Shown: positions 20,055-29,971, counted from the first letter of the stretch. The stretch: DNA of 64,000 nucleotides from an uncultured delta proteobacterium (GCA_963804955.1 CAWDSQ010000025.1:11291-75290); one strand, 5' to 3'. The notes: generated by a model not told the origin, from the sequence alone. Numbers and translations: made by a program.

Positions 20055-20450
20055 TTATGCAAACGTAATGTCGATTTTCTTGGGCTTTACCCGCTCAGCC
20101 TTCGGGAGCGTCAGCTTCAAAACGCCGTTGTTCATGGATGCCGCGATTTTATCACGGTCGATCTCCTCGCCGATGGTAAAAGCCCGGTAATAATCTTTGC
20201 AGGCAAATTCGGAATAATATTTGTCAGCATCAGCTGCGCAGGGGCCGCCTGCCTTGCCGTAAATCTGCAGGGTGTCCTTGTCAATCTGAAGGCTCAGGTC
20301 ATCCTTGCCCACGCCGGGCAGATCAGCGTACAGAATCACGGCCTCAGTGTTTTCGTAAATATCCACCGGGGGCACCACAGCTCCCTTGGCAATTTCCGAC
20401 AGCTTGCCCGCATCCCTCTGGGCGATCGAAGTATCTTTTTCCTGTGCCAT
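20055..20450 (-). CDS. Hsp20/alpha-crystallin small heat-shock protein
   Basis: 'PPVDIYENTEAVILYADLPGVGKDDLSLQIDKDTLQIYG ... NGVLKLTLPK'. Confidence 0.9.
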   Translation of the reverse strand: MAQEKDTSIAQRDAGKLSEIAKGAVVPPVDIYENTEAVILYADLPGVGKDDLSLQIDKDTLQIYGKAGGPCAADADKYYSEFACKDYYRAFTIGEEIDRDKIAASMNNGVLKLTLPKAERVKPKKIDITFA

Positions 20451-20466
20451 AGTAATTCCTCCTTTC

Positions 20467-20931
20467 TTACGACACTTTCACGGGAATCTGCCGCGGCTTC
20501 TGCTCTTCCCGCTTGGCGATCTTAATGTTCAGAACGCCGTCTTTACAGTTTGCGGTTATTGATTCCGGATTGATCCCGTCAGGCAGGCTCACAACCCGCG
20601 CAAAGGACCCGCTGAAGCGCTCCCTGCGGTGATACCGCTCCCGGGCAATTTCGGCCCCCTCGGCCTGCGCGGTGCTGCGCTCGCCTTTTATGGTCAGGGT
20701 GTTATTCTCGAAGTTCAGCTGTACCTTCTGCGGATCAACACCCGGAATCAGGGCCTGCACATTCACCCCGTCCTTTGTTTCATACATGTTGATGGCCGGG
20801 AATGTGCCTCGCGGGACGCTGCGAATATTTGACAGCGGCACACCGATGTCAAACAGCCGGTCCAGCTCCTGCCTCAGACTGTTGAAATCGCCATACCATG
20901 CATCATAAGGTTCAAACCATCCTGCGCTCAT
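20467..20931 (-). CDS. Hsp20/alpha-crystallin small heat-shock protein
   Basis: 'FPAINMYETKDGVNVQALIPGVDPQKVQLNFENNTLTIKGER ... DGVLNIKIAK'. Start MSAGW has AAAGGAGG upstream. Confidence 0.9.
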   Translation of the reverse strand: MSAGWFEPYDAWYGDFNSLRQELDRLFDIGVPLSNIRSVPRGTFPAINMYETKDGVNVQALIPGVDPQKVQLNFENNTLTIKGERSTAQAEGAEIARERYHRRERFSGSFARVVSLPDGINPESITANCKDGVLNIKIAKREEQKPRQIPVKVS

Positions 20932-21151
20932 AGGTTTGCCTCCTTTCAATTTAGGGTTAGCGGTTGATGGTTTTTGCCGTCTCTGGTGAAAAGGTAAAAA
21001 ACGTTTTTACAAAGTCAAGCCCCGCTGTCCAGGCCAAACAAAAAAAAGTTGCCCCTTGACTCCTGGCTTTCATTGCTTATGTTTATTGTTATTAGCAAAC
21101 TTATTAATGCACCATGCAGACACCACAGGAGGTTTTCACAGGAGATTTTAT

Positions 21152-23017
21152 ATGGCTACCCGAAAATTTGAAACTGAGGTCAACCAGCTGCTGAACCTGA
21201 TCATTCACTCGCTGTATTCTCACAAAGAGATATTTATCCGCGAGCTCGTATCAAATGCATCCGATGCTCTTGACAAGCTGAAATATTTAACCCTGACGGA
21301 TGAGGCCTTCAAAAGCCTGCCGTTTGATCCCCGCATCGACATATCCTTCGACCGGGATAAAAAAACCCTGTCCATAGCCGATACGGGCATCGGCATGAAC
21401 GAGGCAGACCTGGTGGAGCAGCTCGGCACCATCGCCAAGTCGGGCACCCGTAATTTCGTGGCGCAGATGACCGGCGATGCAAAAAAGGATTCAAACCTGA
21501 TCGGCCAGTTCGGCGTGGGCTTCTACTCCTGCTTCATGGTGGCAGACAAGGTCGATGTCACAACGCGCAGGGCGGGCGAAGATACAGCCTGGCAGTGGAC
21601 AAGCGACGGCAAGGGCGAATATGAAATCTCTGAGGCGCAGCGCGACACGGCCGGCACTACCGTGACCCTGCATCTCAACGATAACGGCATCGAATATGCC
21701 AACCGCTGGCAGATTGAGTCGATCATTAAAAAATATTCAAACCATATCCCCTTCCCCATCCACCTGCACTTTGAGGATGTGCGCTATGAGGGCAAGGACA
21801 AGGACCGCAAGGAAATAAAAGAGCAGAAGGTCGAAAAAATAAACGAGGCCTCGGCCCTCTGGAAGTGCTCGAAGCAGGAGCTGAAGGACGAGGATTACAA
21901 GGAATTCTACAAAAGCATCGGCCACGACACCGAAGACCCGCTGCTGTGGGTGCACACGAAAGCCGAAGGCACCATGGAGTATGCCACGCTTTTTTATGTG
22001 CCGAAAAAGGCGCCCCTCAACCTGTACTATTCCGACTTCAAGCCGGGCGTGAAGCTCTATGTCAAGCGCGTCTTCATAACCGATGACGACAATGACCTGC
22101 TGCCCCGCTATCTGCGCTTTGTGCGCGGGGTCATCGACTCCGAAGACCTGCCCCTGAACGTGAGCCGGGAAATTCTGCAGCAGAACCGGGTGCTGGCAAA
22201 AATCAAATCATCGTCCGTGAAAAAACTGCTCGACGAGTTCAAAACGCTTGCCGGCGATACGGAAAAATACACAGCATTCTATAAGGAGTTCGGCCGCCTG
22301 CTCAAGGAGGGCCTGTATCAGGACTATGAAAACCGCGAAGATCTGCTTGAGCTGGTGCGCTTCAAATCAAGCTCGGCCGAGGGGTTTGCAAGCCTTGCGA
22401 AGTACAAAGACCGCATGCAGGCCGACCAGAAGGCCATTTACTATGTCACCGGCGAGAAGGAGGAAACGCTGCGCGAGTCGCCCCTTCTGGAAATGTACCG
22501 GAAGAAAAACATCGAGGTTCTCATCATGGACGACCCCGTTGACGAGCTGGTCATGCCGTCGGTGGGGCGCTACAAGGACATCGAGTTCAAGTCCATCAAC
22601 CGCAGCGACGCTGCGGAGGAGCTGAAAACCGAACAGGATAAGCAGGAGGAAAAGCAGGCCGAGCCGGTCATCAAGCGCATGAAAGATGTGCTTGGCGATG
22701 AGGTAAAAGAGGTTAAGGCCAGCGCGCGGCTGAGCGATTCGCCCTGCTGCATCGTTGTTGACGAAAAAGACCCCACCGTGCAGATGCAGAGCCTGCTGAA
22801 AGCCATGGGGCAGGAGGGGCCAGAGATAAAGCCGATCCTTGAAATCAACCCCACGCATGAGATTATCAAAAAGCTTGAATCCGTGCAGGATGACCGCCTG
22901 TTTGAAGACGCCACGCGGCTGCTCTATGAGCAGGCCCTGCTGATCGAAGGCGCGCCGGTCAAAAAGCCCGTCGATTTCGTGCGCCGCCTCAACAGCATGC
23001 TGGGCAGGGCGCTGTAG
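21152..23017 (+). CDS. htpG: Hsp90-family chaperone HtpG
   Basis: 'MATRKFETEVNQLLNLIIHSLYSHKEIFIRELVSNASDALDKL' is the canonical HtpG N-terminus. The track ORF's 32 leading codons were trimmed. Confidence 0.95.
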   Translation: MATRKFETEVNQLLNLIIHSLYSHKEIFIRELVSNASDALDKLKYLTLTDEAFKSLPFDPRIDISFDRDKKTLSIADTGIGMNEADLVEQLGTIAKSGTRNFVAQMTGDAKKDSNLIGQFGVGFYSCFMVADKVDVTTRRAGEDTAWQWTSDGKGEYEISEAQRDTAGTTVTLHLNDNGIEYANRWQIESIIKKYSNHIPFPIHLHFEDVRYEGKDKDRKEIKEQKVEKINEASALWKCSKQELKDEDYKEFYKSIGHDTEDPLLWVHTKAEGTMEYATLFYVPKKAPLNLYYSDFKPGVKLYVKRVFITDDDNDLLPRYLRFVRGVIDSEDLPLNVSREILQQNRVLAKIKSSSVKKLLDEFKTLAGDTEKYTAFYKEFGRLLKEGLYQDYENREDLLELVRFKSSSAEGFASLAKYKDRMQADQKAIYYVTGEKEETLRESPLLEMYRKKNIEVLIMDDPVDELVMPSVGRYKDIEFKSINRSDAAEELKTEQDKQEEKQAEPVIKRMKDVLGDEVKEVKASARLSDSPCCIVVDEKDPTVQMQSLLKAMGQEGPEIKPILEINPTHEIIKKLESVQDDRLFEDATRLLYEQALLIEGAPVKKPVDFVRRLNSMLGRAL

Positions 23018-23059
23018 GAGAATATGCCTCCGGGTAAAACCCGCAGGTCATACCAGAAC

Positions 23060-23190
23060 GGAGCAGGAGTCAGAATCCAGAAGCCAGAAGGGAAGGCATA
23101 CAGGTTCCCGGGCAATCAGATTCTAAAATATTATTGCTGTTTTGTTTTTCATGCTGAATTCTGACGTCTGGATTCAGGCTTCTTTTCTTC
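23060..23190. repeat. MITE-like element, family R2 (inverted 'cagaatccagaagccagaag' arms)
   Basis: The left arm (23060-23091) and right arm (23153-23184) are inverted. The core 'cagattctaaaatatt..ttttgttttt.cat.ctgaattctg' matches 44505-44550. Confidence 0.7.
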
Positions 23191-23206
23191 ATTATATTAC
23201 ATAAGC

Positions 23207-23245
23207 AAAAAGGCGGGCAACGCTATAGCGATGTCCGCCTTTTTG
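23207..23245. terminator. Bidirectional terminator between htpG and selA
   Basis: aaaaaggcggg-N17-cccgccttttt, with A/T runs on both sides. Confidence 0.7.
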
Positions 23246-23251
23246 CATTCC

Positions 23252-24643
23252 TCATCTTATACTCTGCCACTCCTGTAAGGCCTCCAGTATGCGCGGATCT
23301 TCATCAGGCGCAATCGTGAGAAAATCAAGCATAAAGCGGTCCTCCGCCACAAAGCCGATTATGGGCAGGTCTCTCTGCTCAAACCAGGCTGCCACGGCAT
23401 TGGGTTCCTTCACATCGAAAGCCAGCCCCAGGCTTGGCATGCTGTGGCCTGGCAGCGCACCCCCGCCCATCTGGCCGCTTGTCTCAATGATGCGGCATAC
23501 TCCGGCCGGCAGGGCTGCTTTTTTAAGAAGGGATTCGATGCGCTTCTTTAACATGGCGCGGCTCTGCGTAGCGAGCTTCACATAGGGAATCATGTCGAAC
23601 TGCTTCAGCTCATAGAGCTTCAGCACCTCCTGCAGCAGGGCGTAATGAAATTTATCGGGCCGCAGGGCACGCATAAGCGGATGCCGCTCAAGCCGCTGTA
23701 TCAAGGCGCGCGGGCCGGCAACGATGCCTGACTGGCAGGCGCCGAGCAGCTTGTCGCCTGAAAAGCATATCAGGTCGGCTCCGCTGCGCAGAGACTGCGC
23801 GGCATGCGGTTCCGCATCCAGAATCCGGGGGCCCTCTTCCATCAGGTTTCCGCTCCCGAGATCATGCACCAGCAGCACGGATTCATTTTTCAAAGCAGCA
23901 AGTTCGGCAAGAGCGGGCTGCTGCACAAAGCCTGTCTGGTAGAAATTGGACTGGTGAATCTTCAGGATCATGGCCGTTTTGTCACGTATGGCCGCGCGAT
24001 AATCATCAAGGGTGGTAATATTGGTGGTGCCGACCTCAACCAGGCGCGCCCCGCTCTGCTTTAAAATATCGGGTATCCTGAAGCCGCCGCCGATCTGCAC
24101 AAGCTCGCCCCGCGATACAATCACCTCGCGCCCTTTGGCGAAGGCAAACAGAATAAGCAGTATGGCAGCGGCATTGTTATTGACTACAAGGGCGTCTTCA
24201 GCCTGCACGAGCCGCGCCAGTGCTTCCCGCACATAGCGGCCGCGGCCGCCGCGGCTTGCCGTGTTTAAATCATACTCAAGGTTGGTGTAGCCCGTTACCG
24301 TCCTCAGCACCTGCTCAAGCAGGGCCGCATCCCACGGCGCCCGCCCGAAATTTGTATGCAAGAGTATGCCGGTTGCATTGATCACGCGCTGGAGCATGGA
24401 CTTGCGCGCCTGCGCCATGCTTCGTGACAGCTGCCTGTCGACAAGGGCTGCTATATCATGGGGCTTGCCGTCTATGATCGTCTGCCGGATATCTGCCACA
24501 ACGCGCTGCGCAACCTGCTTGGCCAGAGCGCTGCCATGGGCCCGGGCAAACTGCTGAAGTTCTGCCTTCTCAAGCAGCTTGTTGATGCTTGGCAGAAGGC
24601 GCAAACTTTCATTGGGGATTTTGTTCTTTTTGGGTGAAGGCAT
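23252..24643 (-). CDS. selA: L-seryl-tRNA(Sec) selenium transferase
   Basis: 463 aa: 'LRLLPSINKLLE...', 'VINATGILLHTNFGRAP', 'LICFSGDKLLG' (PLP-Lys region). Confidence 0.9.
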   Translation of the reverse strand: MPSPKKNKIPNESLRLLPSINKLLEKAELQQFARAHGSALAKQVAQRVVADIRQTIIDGKPHDIAALVDRQLSRSMAQARKSMLQRVINATGILLHTNFGRAPWDAALLEQVLRTVTGYTNLEYDLNTASRGGRGRYVREALARLVQAEDALVVNNNAAAILLILFAFAKGREVIVSRGELVQIGGGFRIPDILKQSGARLVEVGTTNITTLDDYRAAIRDKTAMILKIHQSNFYQTGFVQQPALAELAALKNESVLLVHDLGSGNLMEEGPRILDAEPHAAQSLRSGADLICFSGDKLLGACQSGIVAGPRALIQRLERHPLMRALRPDKFHYALLQEVLKLYELKQFDMIPYVKLATQSRAMLKKRIESLLKKAALPAGVCRIIETSGQMGGGALPGHSMPSLGLAFDVKEPNAVAAWFEQRDLPIIGFVAEDRFMLDFLTIAPDEDPRILEALQEWQSIR

Positions 24644-24715
24644 ACTAAGCTCAGTCCGGGCTTTTTAAGTTTATCTTTATTAACGAAGTACAGCGTGCCA
24701 TACGAAGGCTGACAA

Positions 24716-24812
24716 AAAATCCACCCTAACCCTCCTTTGCAAAAGGAGGGAATCAGTTAGCCCCTTATACAAAAAGGGGACTTTTTCTTCACCTTTTGTA
24801 AAGGGGGATTTG
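24716..24812. repeat. Family R3 GC-hairpin repeats ('ccctcctttgcaaaaggaggg', 'ccccttatacaaaaagggg', 'accttttgtaaaggggg')
   Basis: Three consecutive short hairpins of the same design as at 29341, 51205 and 55195. Confidence 0.65.
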
Positions 24813-24822
24813 CGAACAGTTT

Positions 24823-24873
24823 GGTTGGGTTGAGGTACGAAACCCACCGGTTTCTCCCGGGCTTAACCCAACC
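24823..24873. repeat. Family R1 palindromic repeat 'GGTTGGGTTGAGGyACGAAACCCA...GGGCTTAACCCAACC'
   Basis: A second copy lies at 31367-31417. Confidence 0.8.
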
Positions 24874-24979
24874 AAAAAACCTGGAGGTTATCTTTCGTAG
24901 GGTGCGCCGCGCGCACCATTTTATTCCGGTGCGCACAGCACACCCTGCTGCAATCCATGCCGGCTCGTATTAAAAAAAA

Positions 24980-25075
24980 TGGCGGAAACGTATGGGAATC
25001 GAACCCACCCAGGACGCTCGCACGCCCCGCAACGGTTTTGAAGACCGCGGAGCCCACCAGGACTCATCCGCTTCC
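24980..25075 (-). tRNA. selC: tRNA-Sec (anticodon UCA)
   Basis: The minus strand reads GGAAGCGGATGAGTCCTGGTGGGCTCCGCGGTCTTCAAAACCGTTGCGGGGCGTGCGAGCGTCCTGGGTGGGTTCGATTCCCATACGTTTCCGCCA. It is 96 nt with a long extra arm, anticodon loop CU-UCA-AA, T-loop GGTTCGATTCC and an encoded CCA. It lies directly upstream of selA. Confidence 0.85.
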
Positions 25076-25233
25076 AGCATAGTATTTTTCGGCTATCTTT
25101 TTAACATGTCTATAAATATATTGCCAGCGTCAAAAAAATCAAGCATGGCTGCTGAACCGGCACTTCGCAACAAACAAAGGCCAGCCCTTTACAGGACCGG
25201 CCTTTGTTTGTTTTAAATAATCTGCCACACCTA

Positions 25234-25827
25234 CTACGGCGTGCAAACCGATTCACATACCGGCTGTCCATCGCCCCCGCAGCCGGGGTCTGCGTCGCAC
25301 ACATCCCCTGTGCCGTCGCTGTCTGCATCCATCTGAAACCTGTTGCACAGGGCCGGGCAGTTGTCAGCACTGTCGGGAAAGTTGTCTCCGTCCGCATCTG
25401 TCTGCCCCTCGCACAATCCCTGGCCGCATCCTCCCCCGCACCCAGGCGTCGGGTCGCACACATCTCCTATGCCATCAGTATCGGCATCAAGCTGCTGCGG
25501 GTTGGCATTGTTCGGGCAATTGTCAAAGTAATTTAAAATACCGTCACCATCCGTATCGCATGACTGCTCACAGGCCGGCTGTCCCTCTGCCCCGCACCCC
25601 GGGTCTGCGTCGCACACATCGCCTGTGCCGTCACTGTCGGCGTCAAGCTGCTCAAGATTGCAGACGGCAGGGCAATTATCAACTGCATCCCGCACATAGT
25701 CGCCATCCGTATCAACCTGCCCCTCACATACCTGCTGGCCGCAGCCCGTGCCGCAGCCGGGTGTTGTGTCGCACACATCGCCGACGCCGTCAGTATCGGC
25801 GTCAAGCTGCTGGGGGTTGGCAATGGC
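25234..25827. repeat. Approximately 590-bp near-identical 3' coding module (copy 1)
   Basis: Roughly 95% identical by eye to 27367-27960. It encodes the TSP3-like repeat domain of both secreted proteins. Confidence 0.9.
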
Positions 25828-27211
25828 TCGGACAGTTGTCAGAGGCATCTGCAACGCCGTCGCCGTCTGTATCGACAATGCTCGTCGTGGTGGAGGTCGT
25901 TGTGTCGTCAGGCGTAGATGTTGTTGTGGTGCTTGTTGTCACTATAGCCTTACAGATGACCATAGGACGGGCATTCGGCCAGCGTGGATCGGTCTCAAAT
26001 TTAGAATATTTATAAATATCCGACGAATCGACAATAAACCAATTCGCGTCGCTCGCAGCACATCCCTCCATTCGTATTATCCAGTTCCTATACCAGTAAT
26101 TAATTTCCATATTGAGGGTCAACTTTGCGTTCCACGGGGCTGGGGGTGCTACCCATGATGTCTTGCTTGACCATGCCGTTGAAAAAACATAACAGCCCCA
26201 GTCATAGCTGTTACAGGCAGCATCAAAGGGATGATTTGCAGATACGAGCTTCCATATGTCATGTTCATCAAGAGGCTGCCAGGTGTCGATTCCGCCCCAG
26301 CTTAAATTAGTGCAGTAATTTCTGGTCTCGGTGCGGACAGGATGGAAAGCCGGGGTAACGGCGTTAAAACCAATATCGGCATAGGTCTTTAAAAATGTGC
26401 TCGTCCCGTCATTATTCATCATGGCTATTTGATTGCCATCAGCGGCGGCGTCATTGTAATCGCAGTCACCATCCAGGTTGCTGCAGCCGGCCTGAATATA
26501 ATCAAACTTCCCATCTCCATCAGTATCAACATCTACAAACACCGTGGTGGTTGTGGATGCGACGGTGGTGGTTGTCGTGCTCGGCCCAATGCTTGTCGTA
26601 GTTGTTGTCGAATTCGGGTCAAATACCACAGCAGGATAGCCGTACCATGGGTTGGTAAACCCGGTTGCCCCGGAAAGATAGTACACTGTAAAACCGCTTG
26701 CGCAGTTACGGAAAACGTCACTCCCCATTGTTGGTGCATTGCCGTAAAAATAAGCATCCGTCAAACCGCTGCAGCCAGAAAAGGCCTCTCTTTCAATGCT
26801 TGTAACACTGGCCGGAATTGAAATGCTGCCTAAGCCCGTGCAATCACAAAACGCACCATATCCAATACTCGTAATGCTTGACGGAATTGTAACAGAGGTG
26901 AGCCCCGTGCAACCTCCGAATGCAAATATCCCTATGCTCGTAATAGAGCTTGGTATATCAATGCCGGTCATTTTTGTATAGCCCATAAAAGCAGTAGGGC
27001 CGATACTGACCACCGGCATGTAATCTATTTGTGATGGTACGTACACATATATGCTGGAACCGATATATCCGGTTATAGTGGCCACATACATACCCGATGG
27101 AGCCTGTGAAACCGTATAACTAAAATCACCCGACCACTGAGCAAAGGCAGATGAATAAAGAAACAGACAACCAATCAATGACAGCAACAACATGGATTTT
27201 CTGAAATGCAT
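25234..27211 (-). CDS. Secreted modular protein: signal peptide - BspA-type leucine-rich repeats - Thr-rich linkers - unknown Cys/Trp-rich domain - thrombospondin type-3-like Ca-binding repeats (one frame break at ~25828)
   Basis: Starts MHFRKSMLLLSLIGCLFLYSSAFA. The LRRs read 'IPSSITSIGIFAFGGCTGLTSVTIPSSITSIGYGAFCDCTGL'. The C-terminus has repeated 'DTDGDG..D..DNCP' and '[13 protein letters not shown]'. ORFs 25802..27322 and 25234..25878 are in different frames. The paralogue shows one extra base here ('caatggcTcgg' vs 'caatggccgg'). Confidence 0.8.
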
Positions 27212-27366
27212 ATACCCCTCCTTTAAATTGTGGTTGGTTAATCTTTTCATGCGATCCCTCATTCCTGAATCAAGCATACGACAGACTTCTCCCCCTGCAA
27301 AGGGGCGAAGAGGTAAGAGCAAACAGCCTTGTATGCTGGGCGCAACCCACCATATTCATGTATGCC

Positions 27367-27960
27367 CTACGGCGTACAAACCTCCTCGCATGCAGGCTGT
27401 CCATCGCCCCCGCAGCCGGGGTCTGCGTCGCACACATCCCCTGTGCCGTCGCTGTCTGCATCCATCTGAAACCTGTTGCACATGGCCGGGCAGTTGTCAG
27501 AACTGTCGGGAAAGTTGTCTCCGTCCCCATCTGTCTGCCCCTCGCACAATCCCTGGCCGCATCCTCCTCCGCAGCCGGGTGTCGGGTCGCACACATCTCC
27601 TATGCCATCAGTATCGGCATCAAGTTGCCGGGAGTTGGCATTGTTTGGGCAATTATCAAAGTAATCCAAAATACCGTCACCATCCGTATCGCATGACTGC
27701 TCACAGGCCGGCTGTCCCTCTGCCCCGCACCCCGGGTCTGCGTCGCACACATCGCCTGTGCCGTCAGTGTCAGCGTCAAGCTGCTCAAGATTGCAGACGG
27801 CAGGGCAATTATCAACTGCATCCCGCACATAGTCGCCATCCGTATCCACCTGCCCCTCACATACCTGCTGGCCGCAGCCCGAGCCGCAGCCGGGTGTTGT
27901 GTCGCACACATCGCCTACGCCGTCAGTGTCGGCGTCAAGTTGCAGGGGGTTGGCAATGGC
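27367..27960. repeat. Approximately 590-bp near-identical 3' coding module (copy 2)
   Basis: See 25234-25827. Confidence 0.9.
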
Positions 27961-29274
27961 CGGGCAGTTGTCAATGGCATCAGCAATGCCGTCGCCGTCT
28001 GTATCTGCTGCAAAGTCTGCCGTTATTGAGACAGCGCCGCTTACGGTTATCGTGCAGTCAGCCGTACCAGAGCAACTCCCGCCGCTCCAGCCGGTAAAGG
28101 TTGAACCACTATTCGCGGCAGCGTGCAGCGTCACCTGTGTGCCGATAGCATAACTCTCCGTGCAATCGCTCCCGCAGTTAATCATGCCGTCGGCGCTGGT
28201 CACTGTTCCTGCTTTGGTCCCGGATTTGGAAATGGTTAAATCACCAAATGGCCCGCGTACAGCGCGGGTAAGGCTTGTGTTGCTCACACCCCCAGCGCCT
28301 GTCCCACCGTCAGAAAACGATACGTTACGAGCGGAAGTAGCACTGTATGCAATAGACGTCCAGTAGTAATGTGCCACCGTATTAGGGAAATAGGTAATAT
28401 TTATGGACGGGAGGAACCGGCCATAATTAACGATTGATAGCAGCTCTTTATCGGTTGGCAAGCGCCAGTCTGAGAACCCTCCGTAATTGGAGATATTAAG
28501 ATCAGTGATGAAATCTAAAGTATCCGTACCACTGGCCGGTGTGCCGGTTATGCCGTCATACCAGGTATACGTATTGTCTGCATCGTTGGGATCAGTGTAA
28601 TTTTTCACATTGTCCATAGAATGCTTTTCTTCCCAGACAAGGCCTGTAACCTCGTCACTGACCATAGCCCACATTGTTGCATCGACAGGTAGTGGATTGC
28701 CGCCTACAGCAAGCTTGGCAAAGGATGGCTGGTTGATAGTATAGTCGTGGTCTTCACCAAACGTGTTTGTATAGCTCTGGGTTTGACCGGTATCAGGCAT
28801 AGGCCAGCGTGTCAAATAAGAAAATGACCCAGCTTGTCCCCAACGAACCGCGCGAACACGACAGCCCAGCTCTTTATACTCTCTGGTCACACCTCCTGTG
28901 GAAAAACCCATAGCAAACGATGCGTCATTTTCGATGAGAACAGTTGTAGACGACCAGTACATGTAGTTCAGCGTATCGGGAAAAAACGTGGTGTTTATTG
29001 CAGGATTGTTCCGGGTGATGTCGACAAGCGAGCCTAACTCTTTTGGCGTGGGCAGGCGCCAGTCAGTGTAGCCGGCAAGCTCAAGACTTTCGCAATAGGC
29101 AAGGGCCTGCTCCCAAGTATAAGTACCCGGCGCCGTTACCTGCTGCCACATGAGGCCCGTATCGGTGTCGGTTACAGTTCCGTCGCCATTGTCTATGTAG
29201 GCCGCAAAGGCCGATGAGCATAGAAATAGACAGCCAACTACTGACAGCAACAAAATGGATTTTCTGAAATGCAT
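27367..29274 (-). CDS. Secreted modular protein: signal peptide - 2x DUF1566 (Lcl C-terminal-like) - InlB-B-repeat-like domain - thrombospondin type-3-like repeats
   Basis: Starts [24 protein letters not shown]. '[16 protein letters not shown]' and '[16 protein letters not shown]' are DUF1566 signatures. '[44 protein letters not shown]' follows, then the TSP3-like '[29 protein letters not shown]' repeated. Confidence 0.85.
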   Translation of the reverse strand: MHFRKSILLLSVVGCLFLCSSAFAAYIDNGDGTVTDTDTGLMWQQVTAPGTYTWEQALAYCESLELAGYTDWRLPTPKELGSLVDITRNNPAINTTFFPDTLNYMYWSSTTVLIENDASFAMGFSTGGVTREYKELGCRVRAVRWGQAGSFSYLTRWPMPDTGQTQSYTNTFGEDHDYTINQPSFAKLAVGGNPLPVDATMWAMVSDEVTGLVWEEKHSMDNVKNYTDPNDADNTYTWYDGITGTPASGTDTLDFITDLNISNYGGFSDWRLPTDKELLSIVNYGRFLPSINITYFPNTVAHYYWTSIAYSATSARNVSFSDGGTGAGGVSNTSLTRAVRGPFGDLTISKSGTKAGTVTSADGMINCGSDCTESYAIGTQVTLHAAANSGSTFTGWSGGSCSGTADCTITVSGAVSITADFAADTDGDGIADAIDNCPAIANPLQLDADTDGVGDVCDTTPGCGSGCGQQVCEGQVDTDGDYVRDAVDNCPAVCNLEQLDADTDGTGDVCDADPGCGAEGQPACEQSCDTDGDGILDYFDNCPNNANSRQLDADTDGIGDVCDPTPGCGGGCGQGLCEGQTDGDGDNFPDSSDNCPAMCNRFQMDADSDGTGDVCDADPGCGGDGQPACEEVCTP

Positions 29275-29340
29275 ATGCCCCTCCTTTTAATTGTGATTGG
29301 TTACTAAAAAAATTTTAAAAATTTCTTCATGATCTGCTCA

Positions 29341-29383
29341 ACAAATCCCCCTAACCCCCTTTGCTAAAGGAGGAATCTTTTTC
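29341..29383. repeat. Family R3 repeat ('acaaatccccctaaccccctttgctaaaggagg')
   Basis: Reverse complement of 55230-55262, with the tail 'ggaatctttttcctaccttcttcat' resembling 51222-51250. Confidence 0.75.
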
Positions 29384-29854
29384 CTACCTTCTTCATATGA
29401 TGCTGTATCTGGTCAGATTACCGCATATGTGCCGGCCTACAAAAAAGGCCTGTCCTTGAATTAAGGACAGGCCTGCCATGAGCCAATAAAATCCAAACCG
29501 GCAGTTCCTCTGTCCAAACTTTACAGGACCGGTGACTTTGCGCTCTACCCGTGAGGCGTAGATTGCTCTTTTCGGTTCGCTATGAAATTGACTATCGCCT
29601 GCTTTTTTATTTATTGCAATAAAATAAATAGGGTTGTAAACAAATATATATTTGTGTCATTAATATTTTATTTTTTTAACTTCTGTATCTCAAACACGAT
29701 CCCAGGGATGCCTGTAACTAGAAGAATGCTCATGGGTTTCAAGACAAATGCCTGATAAGGATCGGCCGAGGGGAAAAGTTCCCATATCCAGGCCATACCA
29801 GCGCATACGGCAAAGGCCCGTAACCAATGACGATTACGGGCCTTTGCATAAACA

Positions 29855-29939
29855 TGGTGCCGAAGGAGGGACTCGAACCCTCACGGATCTCTCCGCCACC
29901 CCCTCAAGATGGTGTGTCTACCAATTCCACCACTTCGGC
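29855..29939 (-). tRNA. tRNA-Leu (anticodon GAG)
   Basis: The minus strand reads GCCGAAGTGGTGGAATTGGTAGACACACCATCTTGAGGGGGTGGCGGAGAGATCCGTGAGGGTTCGAGTCCCTCCTTCGGCACCA. It is 85 nt with acceptor GCCGAAG/CTTCGGC, anticodon stem CCATC/GGTGG, loop UU-GAG-GG and a long variable arm. Confidence 0.9.
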
Positions 29940-29971
29940 ACGGGGGTTATTTTATACAATGAGCAGTACAG

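Noticed and set aside
21061-21076. Sigma54-like 'TGGCTTTCATTGCTT' upstream of htpG, and 'GGGCATTTGCCTGTTGC' at ~43052-43068 upstream of FAD reductase B.
   Set aside because: The GG-to-GC spacing is 2 nt too short in the first and 2 nt too long in the second, relative to TGGCAC-N5-TTGC.
25234-28020. Highly periodic ~70-100-nt repetition that could be mistaken for a CRISPR-like or satellite array.
   Set aside because: The periodicity is in-frame coding repetition of the thrombospondin type-3-like Ca-binding motif (DxDxDGxxDxxDNCP). There are no unique spacers of constant length and no cas genes.
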